In this document: positions 1 to 8,222 of the stretch, one piece after another
How the letters are laid out: every line of letters starts with the position of its first letter
How positions within the stretch are numbered: position 1 is the first letter of the stretch
Assembly: GCA_043804895.1 (NCBI GenBank)
Contig: JAZDIN010000024.1
Coordinates: 1,888-65,887, forward strand
From: Candidatus Altiarchaeota archaeon
Lineage (GTDB): Archaea; Altiarchaeota; Altiarchaeia; IMC4; SCGC-AAA252-I15
Direction: 5' to 3'
DNA: 64,000 bases
Translations under genes and position numbers: made by a program
Notes under the pieces: generated by a model
The model's database searches: none
What the model was told of the DNA's origin: nothing
Seen by the model: only the letters and a program-made list of their open reading frames with translations

Positions 1-3000
1 CCATATGGAGGGTCCTGTGGTGTAGTTAAATGGTGGGCCCATTACTGTGTCTGGCTGCCATACGTATCCTAGTGGGGGGATTGGCTTAGTCAGTCCTGTT
101 ACTGCGTGCGGTTTAGTACCGTATGCGTAGGCTGTCGTTCCTGTGTCGGCTTCGACGTTGAGTATGTTGCCTAGTGAATTGTAGGTGTAGTTCTCCCAGT
201 ATCCACCGTCCTCCTCCGCGGTGAGGAGCCTGTTGAGGCCGTCGTATGTGAAATGTTGGTTGCTTTGTGTTGTCTTGTCGTCTATGTTGAGTACGTTGCC
301 TGCCGGGTCGTACTGGTAGTTGAGGTCCTGTATTCCTGCGGAGGATATCCTGTTCAGCCTGAAGGTTGCGGGGTCGTAGGTGAGTTGCGTCTCCGTCTGG
401 CCCCAGTCTTTGAGTGTTATCTTGTTTAGTGCGTTGTAGTCTATGTTCTCTACCGCGTTGGTTATGCTGTTTACTTCCCCTTGGGTGTTGTAGTTGTACG
501 TTAATGTCGGGAATCCTGGCGTCGTCTCGGTTTTCACCCTGTCTGCCGGGTCGAAAGTCCAGGCTGTCGTCCACACCCTGCTGTCCATGGCCTTTGTCTC
601 GCTCGTTTTCCTGAGCTTCTGGTCGTAGTCGTAGGATGTAGTGCCTAACTGGTCCTGAACCGAACTCAAAGTCCCCTTGATAGCGTCATACTGGTACGTC
701 ACCGTCTGGTCTGGGCTTAGCCTCCTCCTCACCCTGTTCAGCTCATCATACTCGAACGTAATCTGCGTCCCCTTATTGTCAGTCTGCCTCAAGAGGTTCC
801 CAGCCGAATCGTACTCGTACGTCCATACCCCAAGGTCCGGGTCATCCATCCCAATCTTACGGCCTAGGGAGTCGTATGTGAACTTAAACTGGTTGCCGTG
901 GTTGTCCATTATCTCCACAAGGTTGTCCTGCGCGTCGTAGCCGTAGCTTGTGGCATAGACGTCGCCGCCGTTGTACTCCCTCACCTGCGCCACCATCCCG
1001 TACCCGTCCAGCACGTAGTCTTTCCTGTTGCCTTTCTCGTCCCATGCGCTCACAGTCCACCTGTCGAATGCCTGTTTCTTTACTGTGCCATCTGTGTTGG
1101 TGACGTTCGCGACCCTCCCGACTATGTCGTAGCCTATCTTCGTGGACAGCACCGCCTGCGGCGTGCTGTACGCGTCTGTCTTATCCCCCAGGTACGGTAT
1201 CGACTGCTCCCGCACCCCTCCAATATTGTTGTAGTACACGTTCGTGACAATCTGTTTTAGCGGGTCCTCAGCATCCCTCTTAGACTGTACTACTCTGCCT
1301 AATCCGTCGTAGTATTCTAGGAAGTTGAGCGGCGTCGTGTCGGTCTTTTTGATGACTTTCACGCTCTCAGGCGCAGTCCCATCCACCACATACAGGTACT
1401 GCGTCGTAGGCGACGCATCAGAATCGTACGGCCTAATCTCCTTCGTCTTCCTTCCGAGCTGGTCGTATTTGTATGCTGTCACATACCCGTTCGGGTCCGT
1501 GACAGAGAGTATGTTGCCTGTGCCGAAGTCGTATCTCACATTCGTCGTGTGGAGCAGGTGGTTGATGGTCTGCTCAGGATACGTGTACGTAGTGTCTGTG
1601 ATGCCGTACACTTGCCTTGTATTGTGGTTGAGCGGGTCCGTGGCCTTAACCTGGTTCCCGTAGCCGTCGTACTCGAACGTCGATATTGGATTCCCTCCCG
1701 TACTCAGCCAATCCTCCTTCCGAGTCAAGTCGCCTTTCGTCGGCGGACTGCCGTAGCCTTGGCCGTCGTAGCTGAGGAAGGATTCGCTGACCTTCCCGCC
1801 AGTGGCATTGACCAGGTATGCATGCTTGGGCCTGTCAACAATCCAGGAACCAGTATTATAGAGGTACTCACTGTACGCGTACCTCTCATCACCTGAGACT
1901 GAGGTGTCCCCGAGGTAGCTTGTGTTAATGGTGTTCTCGTACTGGTCGTACCCGTATTCGGCTGCGGTGATTCTCGGATTGTCTAGGCCGTCGTGGGTGT
2001 ATTCTTCGGTCCTTGTAAGAAGCGGATTGTATATGCCGTTGACGCTTCCGCCGGATATCGTGTTCTTTGTCTGGGAGTATTTCACGTCAAGCTGGTCTGC
2101 GTCGTACTCCTCGTAGGCCATCCCCTTTCTCGCATCGTCTTGGTGGAACCTGGTTGTCGTCCTCCCCCCGTCGGGCCTTGTCACTACCGCAACGTTGAAT
2201 CCCCTGTATTCCCTGTCCTCGTAGTCGTGCAGTGCGCCCTCATAGTAGTACCCTATTGTGTTGGATGTCTGGTGGGCGCCGCCCATCCTGTTATCCTCTT
2301 TGACAGACTCAACGCACCAGACCGGATAGCTTAACTTGTCCTCCACGGTCTGCATGTTGAATTTCTCAGCAGCCTTGTAGTTGATTGTCGTGTTTCCTCC
2401 GAAGCCGCTTATGACCTCCCTGAGGCTATAGGGGGCCACCCCGTACTTCAGCAGGTCTCTTCTGACGTCGGGTAGGCCGTCGCCGTTTAAGTCTATGACG
2501 TTGCCGCTTAGGCCTATGTCAACGCCCGCCGCGATCCAGCTGTCGTTTTGCACCCACCCTGTCCCGTTGTTGATCCACGTATGGTTTGTGGCTCCCGCGG
2601 CCTGAAGTACGTCGACTAGGCCGTCACTGTTGAGGTCCACGTACCTGCATTTGTCCGCTGCCTTGAAGGTGCACGGGTTCTGCCATTGCGTGGTCTGGCC
2701 GAGCCATACCAGCGAGAGGCCTGTATTCATTATCTTTTCTGTGCCGAGAATGTCATTGTTGCCGTCTCCGTTCAAGTCTATCACGCCCCAGGTCTCGCTG
2801 GTGTCGAAGTTGACTCCCACGTTCGGCGCCCAGCTGTCGTCTCTTGTGAAGTTTTTGCCGGTGTTCATCCAGGCCTGGTGGTCGTCGCCGTTTGTCCTGA
2901 CCACGTCGATTAGGCTGTCGCTGTTGAGGTCGATGAACCTGCACTGGGTGGCTGATGCGAAGTCGCAGACGTTCCCCCACTGTGTGTTCCATACCCATCC

Positions 3001-4683
3001 GCTGCCTGTGTTCAGGTAGGTTCCGGTGAAGCTGTGGATGTCGTCCTTGCCGTCCCCGTTGACGTCCAACAGCCCCCACCCCGTGTCTCCTGTCAGGATC
3101 ACATTGCTTGGGGGGGCCCATCGGTTGTCCTCGGTCCATCCTGCGCCGTTGTTCAGCCAGCTTTTTTTCAGTACGCTGTTCGACTGTATTACATCTGCCA
3201 GTGAGTCTCCGTTTAGGTTGCCGAACCTGCAGCCGTCGGCGTCGCCGAATGCGCATGGCAGCTGGTTGTATCCGCTGTTCCAACCTGGCACTGCGGGGTT
3301 GTATGCGAAGGAGGTCTTGGGCAGGCAGGTTGTGCCGTCCGAACCGCAGACTTCTATGTTTGACAGGAGCGTGATGGTCTTCATGTCATTCTGGGCGTAG
3401 CCGAAGTTCACCTTCCTCACCAGGCTGCCGTCGTATTTCTCAGTCATCTCCTTGAGCCTTTTGCTCATCCGCACCTCGGCTCCGTCTTCGTATGTGAGCC
3501 TGCTGTTGGGGTTGTCCTCCAAGGTGAATTCTATTGCCCTCTTGCGGTCGTTGTTGTACTCGATTTTGCTCAGGTAGGATGTCCCCCTGTCGTCAGCCCC
3601 GGGGTTCTCGGCGTACGTGTAATATACACTGTTCCCGTGCGTGTCCTCGACGTCGTCGAGACTCCAGCGCACAACAAACGGTGTGGTGCCGTTGTTTGGG
3701 ACGTTGTATCTGAAGTGGAAGTCAGCACTGGCGGAGCACGGGGCTGCGCCGCAGTACTCTCCCCCGTACTCCGCGTATGCGCAGACTACCATCTCAACCT
3801 GATTCTGGCTTAACACATGGTAGGTGTGGTCACAACTGTGGGCGTTGCAGTTCGTGTTGTCTATGGAGACGTACACAATCCAGTTTCCGGCTCCGGCGTC
3901 AAACACCTGCTTCTTGCATCCGCCTGACCCGGAACCCCAGTTGACGAAGACATGCTGGTCCGCGGTATATTGTGTCGGCTTTTGAGGTACTCTCCTTGTC
4001 AGTTCGCTGTTTGCGACGTATCCGAACCTGTATTTGACGCCACCTTTGTCCCTCACCAGCCAGTATGTGCCGTTCTCGTTCAACGCCCCGGTCTTCTTTT
4101 CGATGTAAAGGTACGACTCAGGCTGGGTGTGGTATCTTCCGTCGGCGGCAACATGCTTCAGGTCATATCTGGCCCCGTTCAAGTACAGTCCGTACTCGTC
4201 GTCTGCCCCATTGTCCATGGTGCCGTTGACGTCCTTTTCTATGTAGTTGCCTGTGAACCTCCAACCGTTACCAATCCAACTGTTAGCCTGTGCATTCTGG
4301 CTGTTGTATTGGAGAGTCAAGGATGGTGCGAGGCCGTTAGTGCCTGGCATGACAGGTACGTCGTAGGTGTATGTGGCTGCGCCCGTGAACAGACCAGTCT
4401 CATAGTACCCGTCTGCTCTGATTGACGTCTGTGGCTGGATGGCCTGGAATGAAACCGGAGTGTAAGATGGTCCGGCGCCCATCGGCTGACCTCCTCCTTC
4501 TGGTGGTGTTTCGGGTGGCGGCTGTTGGTCGGCCGGGGGTTCTGGGCTGGGAGCTGGCTGCAAATCGTCTCCGCCGCTGTCACCTGCCGGCGGTGTTCCG
4601 CTCGTGTCTTGGCCGTGGACGAGTCCGATGAAGAGAGTTATTATGATTGTTGTTGCGAGGAGTAGTCTGTTTTTGTTTTTCAA
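1..4683 (-). CDS. Giant secreted RHS/YD-repeat protein with an SpvB-like N-terminal region and FG-GAP/VCBS-like repeats (Tc-toxin BC-like polymorphic toxin). The C-terminal tip lies beyond the left window edge.
   Basis: Hand translation of the minus strand (codons at 3k+1..3k+3) is open wherever sampled: near 4683, 3960, 3480, 2700, 1380, 720, 360 and 180. The N-terminus KKLKNKNRLLLATTIIITLFIGLVHG looks like a signal or anchor and is followed by a Pro-rich linker. TGAATYTYDVPVMPGTNGLAPSLTLQYNSQNAQANSWIGNGWRF is an SpvB/TcB-type N-terminal signature. VDLNSDGLVDVL and IDLNGDGLPDV are FG-GAP-like. Many YD repeats follow (YQYDPAGNVLNIDD, FTYDGLNRLL, YYDGLGRVVQSKRD). It is absent from the ORF track because it has no in-window stop. 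No in-frame ATG follows the upstream TAA, so the start is TTG 4683 or GTG 4719. Confidence 0.85.
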   Translation of the reverse strand, partial: MKNKNRLLLATTIIITLFIGLVHGQDTSGTPPAGDSGGDDLQPAPSPEPPADQQPPPETPPEGGGQPMGAGPSYTPVSFQAIQPQTSIRADGYYETGLFTGAATYTYDVPVMPGTNGLAPSLTLQYNSQNAQANSWIGNGWRFTGNYIEKDVNGTMDNGADDEYGLYLNGARYDLKHVAADGRYHTQPESYLYIEKKTGALNENGTYWLVRDKGGVKYRFGYVANSELTRRVPQKPTQYTADQHVFVNWGSGSGGCKKQVFDAGAGNWIVYVSIDNTNCNAHSCDHTYHVLSQNQVEMVVCAYAEYGGEYCGAAPCSASADFHFRYNVPNNGTTPFVVRWSLDDVEDTHGNSVYYTYAENPGADDRGTSYLSKIEYNNDRKRAIEFTLEDNPNSRLTYEDGAEVRMSKRLKEMTEKYDGSLVRKVNFGYAQNDMKTITLLSNIEVCGSDGTTCLPKTSFAYNPAVPGWNSGYNQLPCAFGDADGCRFGNLNGDSLADVIQSNSVLKKSWLNNGAGWTEDNRWAPPSNVILTGDTGWGLLDVNGDGKDDIHSFTGTYLNTGSGWVWNTQWGNVCDFASATQCRFIDLNSDSLIDVVRTNGDDHQAWMNTGKNFTRDDSWAPNVGVNFDTSETWGVIDLNGDGNNDILGTEKIMNTGLSLVWLGQTTQWQNPCTFKAADKCRYVDLNSDGLVDVLQAAGATNHTWINNGTGWVQNDSWIAAGVDIGLSGNVIDLNGDGLPDVRRDLLKYGVAPYSLREVISGFGGNTTINYKAAEKFNMQTVEDKLSYPVWCVESVKEDNRMGGAHQTSNTIGYYYEGALHDYEDREYRGFNVAVVTRPDGGRTTTRFHQDDARKGMAYEEYDADQLDVKYSQTKNTISGGSVNGIYNPLLTRTEEYTHDGLDNPRITAAEYGYDQYENTINTSYLGDTSVSGDERYAYSEYLYNTGSWIVDRPKHAYLVNATGGKVSESFLSYDGQGYGSPPTKGDLTRKEDWLSTGGNPISTFEYDGYGNQVKATDPLNHNTRQVYGITDTTYTYPEQTINHLLHTTNVRYDFGTGNILSVTDPNGYVTAYKYDQLGRKTKEIRPYDSDASPTTQYLYVVDGTAPESVKVIKKTDTTPLNFLEYYDGLGRVVQSKRDAEDPLKQIVTNVYYNNIGGVREQSIPYLGDKTDAYSTPQAVLSTKIGYDIVGRVANVTNTDGTVKKQAFDRWTVSAWDEKGNRKDYVLDGYGMVAQVREYNGGDVYATSYGYDAQDNLVEIMDNHGNQFKFTYDSLGRKIGMDDPDLGVWTYEYDSAGNLLRQTDNKGTQITFEYDELNRVRRRLSPDQTVTYQYDAIKGTLSSVQDQLGTTSYDYDQKLRKTSETKAMDSRVWTTAWTFDPADRVKTETTPGFPTLTYNYNTQGEVNSITNAVENIDYNALNKITLKDWGQTETQLTYDPATFRLNRISSAGIQDLNYQYDPAGNVLNIDDKTTQSNQHFTYDGLNRLLTAEEDGGYWENYTYNSLGNILNVEADTGTTAYAYGTKPHAVTGLTKPIPPLGYVWQPDTVMGPPFNYTTGPSIW

Positions 4684-4907
4684 CTTTTTCTTGCCGCGAT
4701 AACAGTATGCCGTTCCCACCGTTAGTTTTTACGTGTACTGTGGGTTTAAAAAGTATTATATTAAAAGATAGTAATAGTGTTTATACCATCTTTTTGGTTG
4801 AAGAAGGGATTTTAATCAGAGCCGAACTTGACGTTCCGTCTTGTTCCGGCCTTTTCCGGGTTAGGCTCTTATGTTGTTCCATCCTAGTCTGGTGTGAGGT
4901 GAAAGGT

Positions 4908-6062
4908 ATGGATAGGAAGTTAATGTTTGTTTTGGCTGCTGCGCTGCTTGTTGCATCAGCTGTTGCAGCATCAGCGCAGAACGATAGTGTGGGGGATGAC
5001 GTGAAGGCATTCGGCTCTCAGCTGGGAGCTAGGGTGCGTCTTCTCATGCTGGAGGCGAGCATCGAGAGGAACATACTTTGGGGCAGCGAGATAGTCGCGG
5101 CTGTGGAGGACAGGAATTCCAGCGCAGACACTAGCGGCCTGGAGTCCGTTTTAGCTGAGATGCAGGCGTTGAAGGACGAGGTCGCGGCAATAGACCCTGG
5201 GACAGGCGAGGAGGCAGCGCAGGAGTTCGTTGACATAAAAAGCGAAGCCATCGACTTGACTCGCGAATTCAGGGAGGAGGCGAGGGGGATGCTCCCGCCC
5301 AGGGAGTTGAACAGTCTTCGAGTTAAGCTTGGGGCGCTGAAGCACGGGAGAGTGCAGAGTCTGAAGGAGAGCATCAACGAGACGAAGAGGGAATACAACG
5401 GGCAGAATGTTGAGGAGCTGCTGTCATCGCTTGGGCTGAGCAACCCTGACCTGGTTGACGGCGTGAGAAACGGCGACGCGAAAATCGGCGACGTCAGAAA
5501 GTACATAAAGGACGCTGGGGGGAACATGAGCAAAGACGAGCGGAAGGAGGCGTTCCTGAAGCTGAAGGAAGAGACTACCAGCGCGGGTGTGTTCATGAGA
5601 GCCATAGTAGACAAGAACATGTACAAGAGAGTCACAAGACTCCAGGAGAGGATGGAAAAAAGGCTCCGGAAGGCAGGGAACTTGAACGTCAGCGACGCTG
5701 CTTTAGCGAGGATTGAGAAGAGGATAGAGGTTCTCGGCGGCAGGATGGGGAGAGTCCAGAATAAAACTGAGGCGAGGATAGCGAAGATTGGCGCCATCAC
5801 AAGCAAGAGAGTCGAACGAATAGAAGGCATCATAGAACACGAGGAGGATAAAAGCCAGGAGACGGAGGATCGACTCGAGAACAGACTCCAGTCATGGAAC
5901 ATCACAGAGGAAGAGGAGGAGAGGGTAGGAAACCGGCTCGCAAGGATTGAGGAGAAGTCAGAACTTAAGATTGGTAGGTTAGAGGCTAAGAAGGTTGAAG
6001 TCGAAGAGCGGGGGGAGAAGAAGCAGAACCGCCTCAGGGGGAATATGGAGGGTGAAGAATGA
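4908..6062 (+). CDS. Secreted coiled-coil protein rich in E/K/R, function unknown
   Basis: Internal ATG at 4908 is preceded by GGTGAAAGG. The product starts MDRKLMFVLAAALLVASAVAASAQ (signal-peptide-like). The listed TTG start at 4647 adds an implausible Cys-rich extension across the divergent promoter. Long heptad-like charged repeats occupy the C-terminal half. Confidence 0.6.
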   Translation: MDRKLMFVLAAALLVASAVAASAQNDSVGDDVKAFGSQLGARVRLLMLEASIERNILWGSEIVAAVEDRNSSADTSGLESVLAEMQALKDEVAAIDPGTGEEAAQEFVDIKSEAIDLTREFREEARGMLPPRELNSLRVKLGALKHGRVQSLKESINETKREYNGQNVEELLSSLGLSNPDLVDGVRNGDAKIGDVRKYIKDAGGNMSKDERKEAFLKLKEETTSAGVFMRAIVDKNMYKRVTRLQERMEKRLRKAGNLNVSDAALARIEKRIEVLGGRMGRVQNKTEARIAKIGAITSKRVERIEGIIEHEEDKSQETEDRLENRLQSWNITEEEEERVGNRLARIEEKSELKIGRLEAKKVEVEERGEKKQNRLRGNMEGEE

Positions 6063-6259
6063 AAAGGACTGTGTTCTTCATACTGGCCTTGACACTCCTT
6101 GTTGCAGGTTGTGTTGAGGATAGAGGCGGCGTGCAGACGTCAACACAGGAGCCTGCAGTAAGCCAGCCTACGGCTGAACCTGCCGATTACAGCCTCGATG
6201 ACGCGGACGTGCCGTTCATCGAGGAGAATGAGACAGTCGAAATCGGGGAGATGATTTGA
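6059..6259 (+). CDS. Small lipoprotein-like protein with a conserved acidic C-terminal tail (paralog A)
   Basis: ATG overlaps the upstream stop (ATGA). Lipobox-like LLVAGC. The C-terminus AEPADYSLDDADVPFIEENETVEIGEMI is nearly repeated in the ORF ending at 8148. Confidence 0.6.
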   Translation: MKRTVFFILALTLLVAGCVEDRGGVQTSTQEPAVSQPTAEPADYSLDDADVPFIEENETVEIGEMI

Positions 6260-6283
6260 TATACTCCCCCCATTTCTTTTTTT
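6083..6283 (+). repeat. Dispersed repeat copy A (lipoprotein gene body plus oligo-T terminator), partner at 7972..8175
   Basis: By-eye alignment: the last ~87 coding nt differ at about 11 positions and include an identical run gatgacgcggacgtgccgttcatcg. Similarity continues into the ctcc..attt..ttttttt terminator tract. Confidence 0.7.
6273..6283 (+). terminator. Oligo-T archaeal-type terminator after the small lipoprotein gene
   Basis: tttcttttttt lies 14 nt after the stop codon. Confidence 0.45.
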
Positions 6284-6314
6284 AAGCCAAGGATGCCCTG
6301 ATGATAATGCTAAG

Positions 6315-6641
6315 ATGGATTCCGAGAGGTTAAATCAGGCTCAGAAAGGCGACGTACACTATTTTAACAGGTACTTTGATGATGCTGTTAGGGAGTATTC
6401 TACGGGCATTGAATCAAACCCGGACAATGCTGGACTCTACTACCGGAGGGCACTGTCATATGTGCAGTTAAGAGACTACGATAACGCGATAGTTGACTTG
6501 TCGAAGGCTATTGAGATGGGACCCAACTTAAAGGAGTTCTACTACGTGAGGGGGATGCTCTTCGAAGCGAGGAAGGAGTACAGCAAGGCCTTGTGGGACT
6601 ACGAAAAAGTTGCGGAGCTGGTGGGGAATGGCAACAACTGA
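6315..6641 (+). CDS. TPR-repeat protein
   Basis: Two to three TPR-like units (AGLYYRRALSYVQLRDYDNAIVDLSKAIEMGP, EFYYVRGMLFEARKEYSKALWDYEKV). The gene looks visibly more AT-rich than its neighbours. Confidence 0.75.
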   Translation: MDSERLNQAQKGDVHYFNRYFDDAVREYSTGIESNPDNAGLYYRRALSYVQLRDYDNAIVDLSKAIEMGPNLKEFYYVRGMLFEARKEYSKALWDYEKVAELVGNGNN

Positions 6642-7776
6642 CTACCGCGTGTCCCGCGATGAACGTGGCGAAATCAAAATAGAAAAGATTCCGGCCACAG
6701 AGTTGCCCATGATTAAGGATATCGTTATAAGTCCTAACCTGAATGGCCTTAACTTTCAGAAACCAACAAAACAACACCTGAGAAGTCTGGGTCTATCGCT
6801 TGGGGGGGTCGGGGTGAAATATTACACCCAGTCAGTAGACGGGCTTGTGATTGAACTTGTTCCGGAAGAAGCAACAGACCATCTGATTATGGAGCTAAAA
6901 CAGTCAATGAATCCGTTAAGTAGACAGGAGATCCATGTCCTTAGAGATTTAGCGGAGTATTTAGGGGAGTCATATCAAGGCAATCCCGAAGTGAATGCTG
7001 GTTTGAAGTCTGTACTCCATAAAGAAAACTGGACAGATGTGTTAGATGGACTTGCGGACCTTGAAGAGAGACAACCGGGTTCGAGGCAAGTATTGTACAC
7101 TGGGATAGGGGGGTATTTAGCCGATACCAAGCGTCTTGAAAGGAGTGGAATACCCAGCCCGCTTGTAAGGAACTGCCTTGCTAGACTGCAACTGGAAAGT
7201 ATCTTTGACATGATACAGACGCCTCTGGGGGCAGAAGCGCGGGATGATTTGCTTGAGAGGATGAGGGGGAAGGGTTTAAGCCCTTTTAGGGGGAGGCATC
7301 AAGACAGGGTGGAAAGGCTTCCCCCCCTTATGCTGCTAGGGGAAATGTCAGGTAGTGGGACGAGTGATGAAACAAAAGATTTATCCATGATCAGGGAGTT
7401 GATAATGCAGGAATCAGGACAAAGACTATTAACTTATGCACAGGAGTTGAGAGGTATCGTTGACCAACTGGGCCTGACAAGCATCAAACCATCTGACGTT
7501 GTTGAGATATGCGGGGGGAATCCGCTCATGGTACTGTGCTTCCTGGAACACGGGCATCTACTGGACACCCATAGGCTGCTTACTGACGTGCCCAGAGAGT
7601 ATAATCTAGAAAAACACTCCCGCTGGTTTTTGGATAATGTTAGAGTGGACATGCCGGTTTTTGAGCTAGCAGAGTTGTACTCGGATAGTAAGACCCAGCA
7701 AAGGGATTTGGTCAGCCCAGAAGTATCAGTCTCTGTTGAGGGTGGCAAACTCGTTTTCAAGCCGAAGAATGATTGA
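6628..7776 (+). CDS. Hypothetical protein (about 382 aa), no recognisable motif
   Basis: Long ORF. ATG 6628 (MATTDYRV) overlaps the TPR stop by 14 nt. AT-richer composition like the TPR gene. Confidence 0.55.
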   Translation: MATTDYRVSRDERGEIKIEKIPATELPMIKDIVISPNLNGLNFQKPTKQHLRSLGLSLGGVGVKYYTQSVDGLVIELVPEEATDHLIMELKQSMNPLSRQEIHVLRDLAEYLGESYQGNPEVNAGLKSVLHKENWTDVLDGLADLEERQPGSRQVLYTGIGGYLADTKRLERSGIPSPLVRNCLARLQLESIFDMIQTPLGAEARDDLLERMRGKGLSPFRGRHQDRVERLPPLMLLGEMSGSGTSDETKDLSMIRELIMQESGQRLLTYAQELRGIVDQLGLTSIKPSDVVEICGGNPLMVLCFLEHGHLLDTHRLLTDVPREYNLEKHSRWFLDNVRVDMPVFELAELYSDSKTQQRDLVSPEVSVSVEGGKLVFKPKND

Positions 7777-7778
7777 GA

Positions 7779-7990
7779 CTATTTCTGGGCTGGTTCTATG
7801 TGGACTACGACGTCTTTGACTCCGGGTATATTTTTTTCAGTTTTTCCTCTACTTTCTCTCTTAATGTGTGGGCTTCGTCCACGTACATCTGCGAGGGCAC
7901 GAGGAGGTGGAGGTCGATGTAGATTTCGTCCGCGCTCCCCCTGGTTCTTATCATGTGGCAGCCTTTCACGCCTGGCACTGACTCTCCTGA
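7779..7990 (-). pseudogene. Remnant of a cation diffusion facilitator (CDF) transporter: C-terminal cytoplasmic domain only, frameshifted
   Basis: One minus frame reads ESVPGVKGCHMIRTRGSADEIYIDLHLLVPSQMYVDEAHTLREKVEEKLKKIYP and then stops. The canonical CDF ending GVKDVVVHIEPAQK* continues in another frame. The switch coincides with a T7/A7 homopolymer at 7831..7837. No transmembrane part lies upstream (in-frame TGA at 7991..7993). Confidence 0.6.
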
Positions 7991-8148
7991 TCACAGGATG
8001 CGTCGGGTATGGAGGCAGCTCGCAGACAACAACACACGAGAATGCGGTGACTAAGACTTCAGCTGAGCCTGCCGACTACAACCTGGATGACGCGGACGTG
8101 CCGTTCATCGGGGAGAACGAGAGTGTGGAAATCGGGGAGATGATATGA
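7798..8148 (+). CDS. Paralog B of the acidic-tail lipoprotein. Start unresolved; possibly a pseudogene or a chimeric N-terminus.
   Basis: The homologous part starts around 7972 (LALTLLITGC ... AEPADYNLDDADVPFIGENESVEIGEMI). No ATG, GTG or TTG lies in frame near the lipobox. The only start is ATG 7798, which reads antisense through the CDF remnant. Confidence 0.4.
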   Translation: MWTTTSLTPGIFFSVFPLLSLLMCGLRPRTSARARGGGGRCRFRPRSPWFLSCGSLSRLALTLLITGCVGYGGSSQTTTHENAVTKTSAEPADYNLDDADVPFIGENESVEIGEMI

Positions 8149-8175
8149 AAGTATCTCCATTTTTTTCTTTTTTTA
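7972..8175 (+). repeat. Dispersed repeat copy B, partner at 6083..6283
   Basis: See copy A. The gene body and the oligo-T terminator (8161..8175) are both conserved. Confidence 0.7.
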
Positions 8176-8222
8176 TGTTTTAGGAGCGTCTTTTAGGCGT
8201 CGTCTCCAATATTTCTGAGCTT

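Noticed and set aside
1-4683. The lack of any long listed ORF over 4.7 kb suggested a non-coding region, a pseudogene array or stop-codon reassignment.
   Set aside because: Hand translation of the minus strand is open and gives coherent SpvB/FG-GAP/YD-repeat sequence. The ORF track simply omits ORFs whose stop lies outside the window. The same applies to fibrillarin at the right edge. Standard code use elsewhere is consistent.
4647-4907. Over-extended N-termini from the longest-ORF rule: 4647 (TTG), 21216, 38582, 53706, 59020, 56234 and 6610.
   Set aside because: Internal ATGs preceded by GGTGA/GGAGG-like motifs give canonical N-termini (signal peptides or conserved family starts) and restore intergenic promoters. 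The extensions are Cys/Arg-rich nonsense or overlap other features.
5018-5905. 295-aa minus-strand ORF antisense to the coiled-coil gene.
   Set aside because: It has low-complexity Ser/Leu-rich mirror-frame composition with no motif. The + strand gene has a signal peptide and translational coupling to the next gene.
6290-6314. CTGATGA just upstream of the TPR gene as a C box. TTGATGA at about 27998 and CTGATGA on the minus strand near 33470 were also considered.
   Set aside because: The first position violates the R of RUGAUGA, and no D box or second box pair follows at the proper distance.
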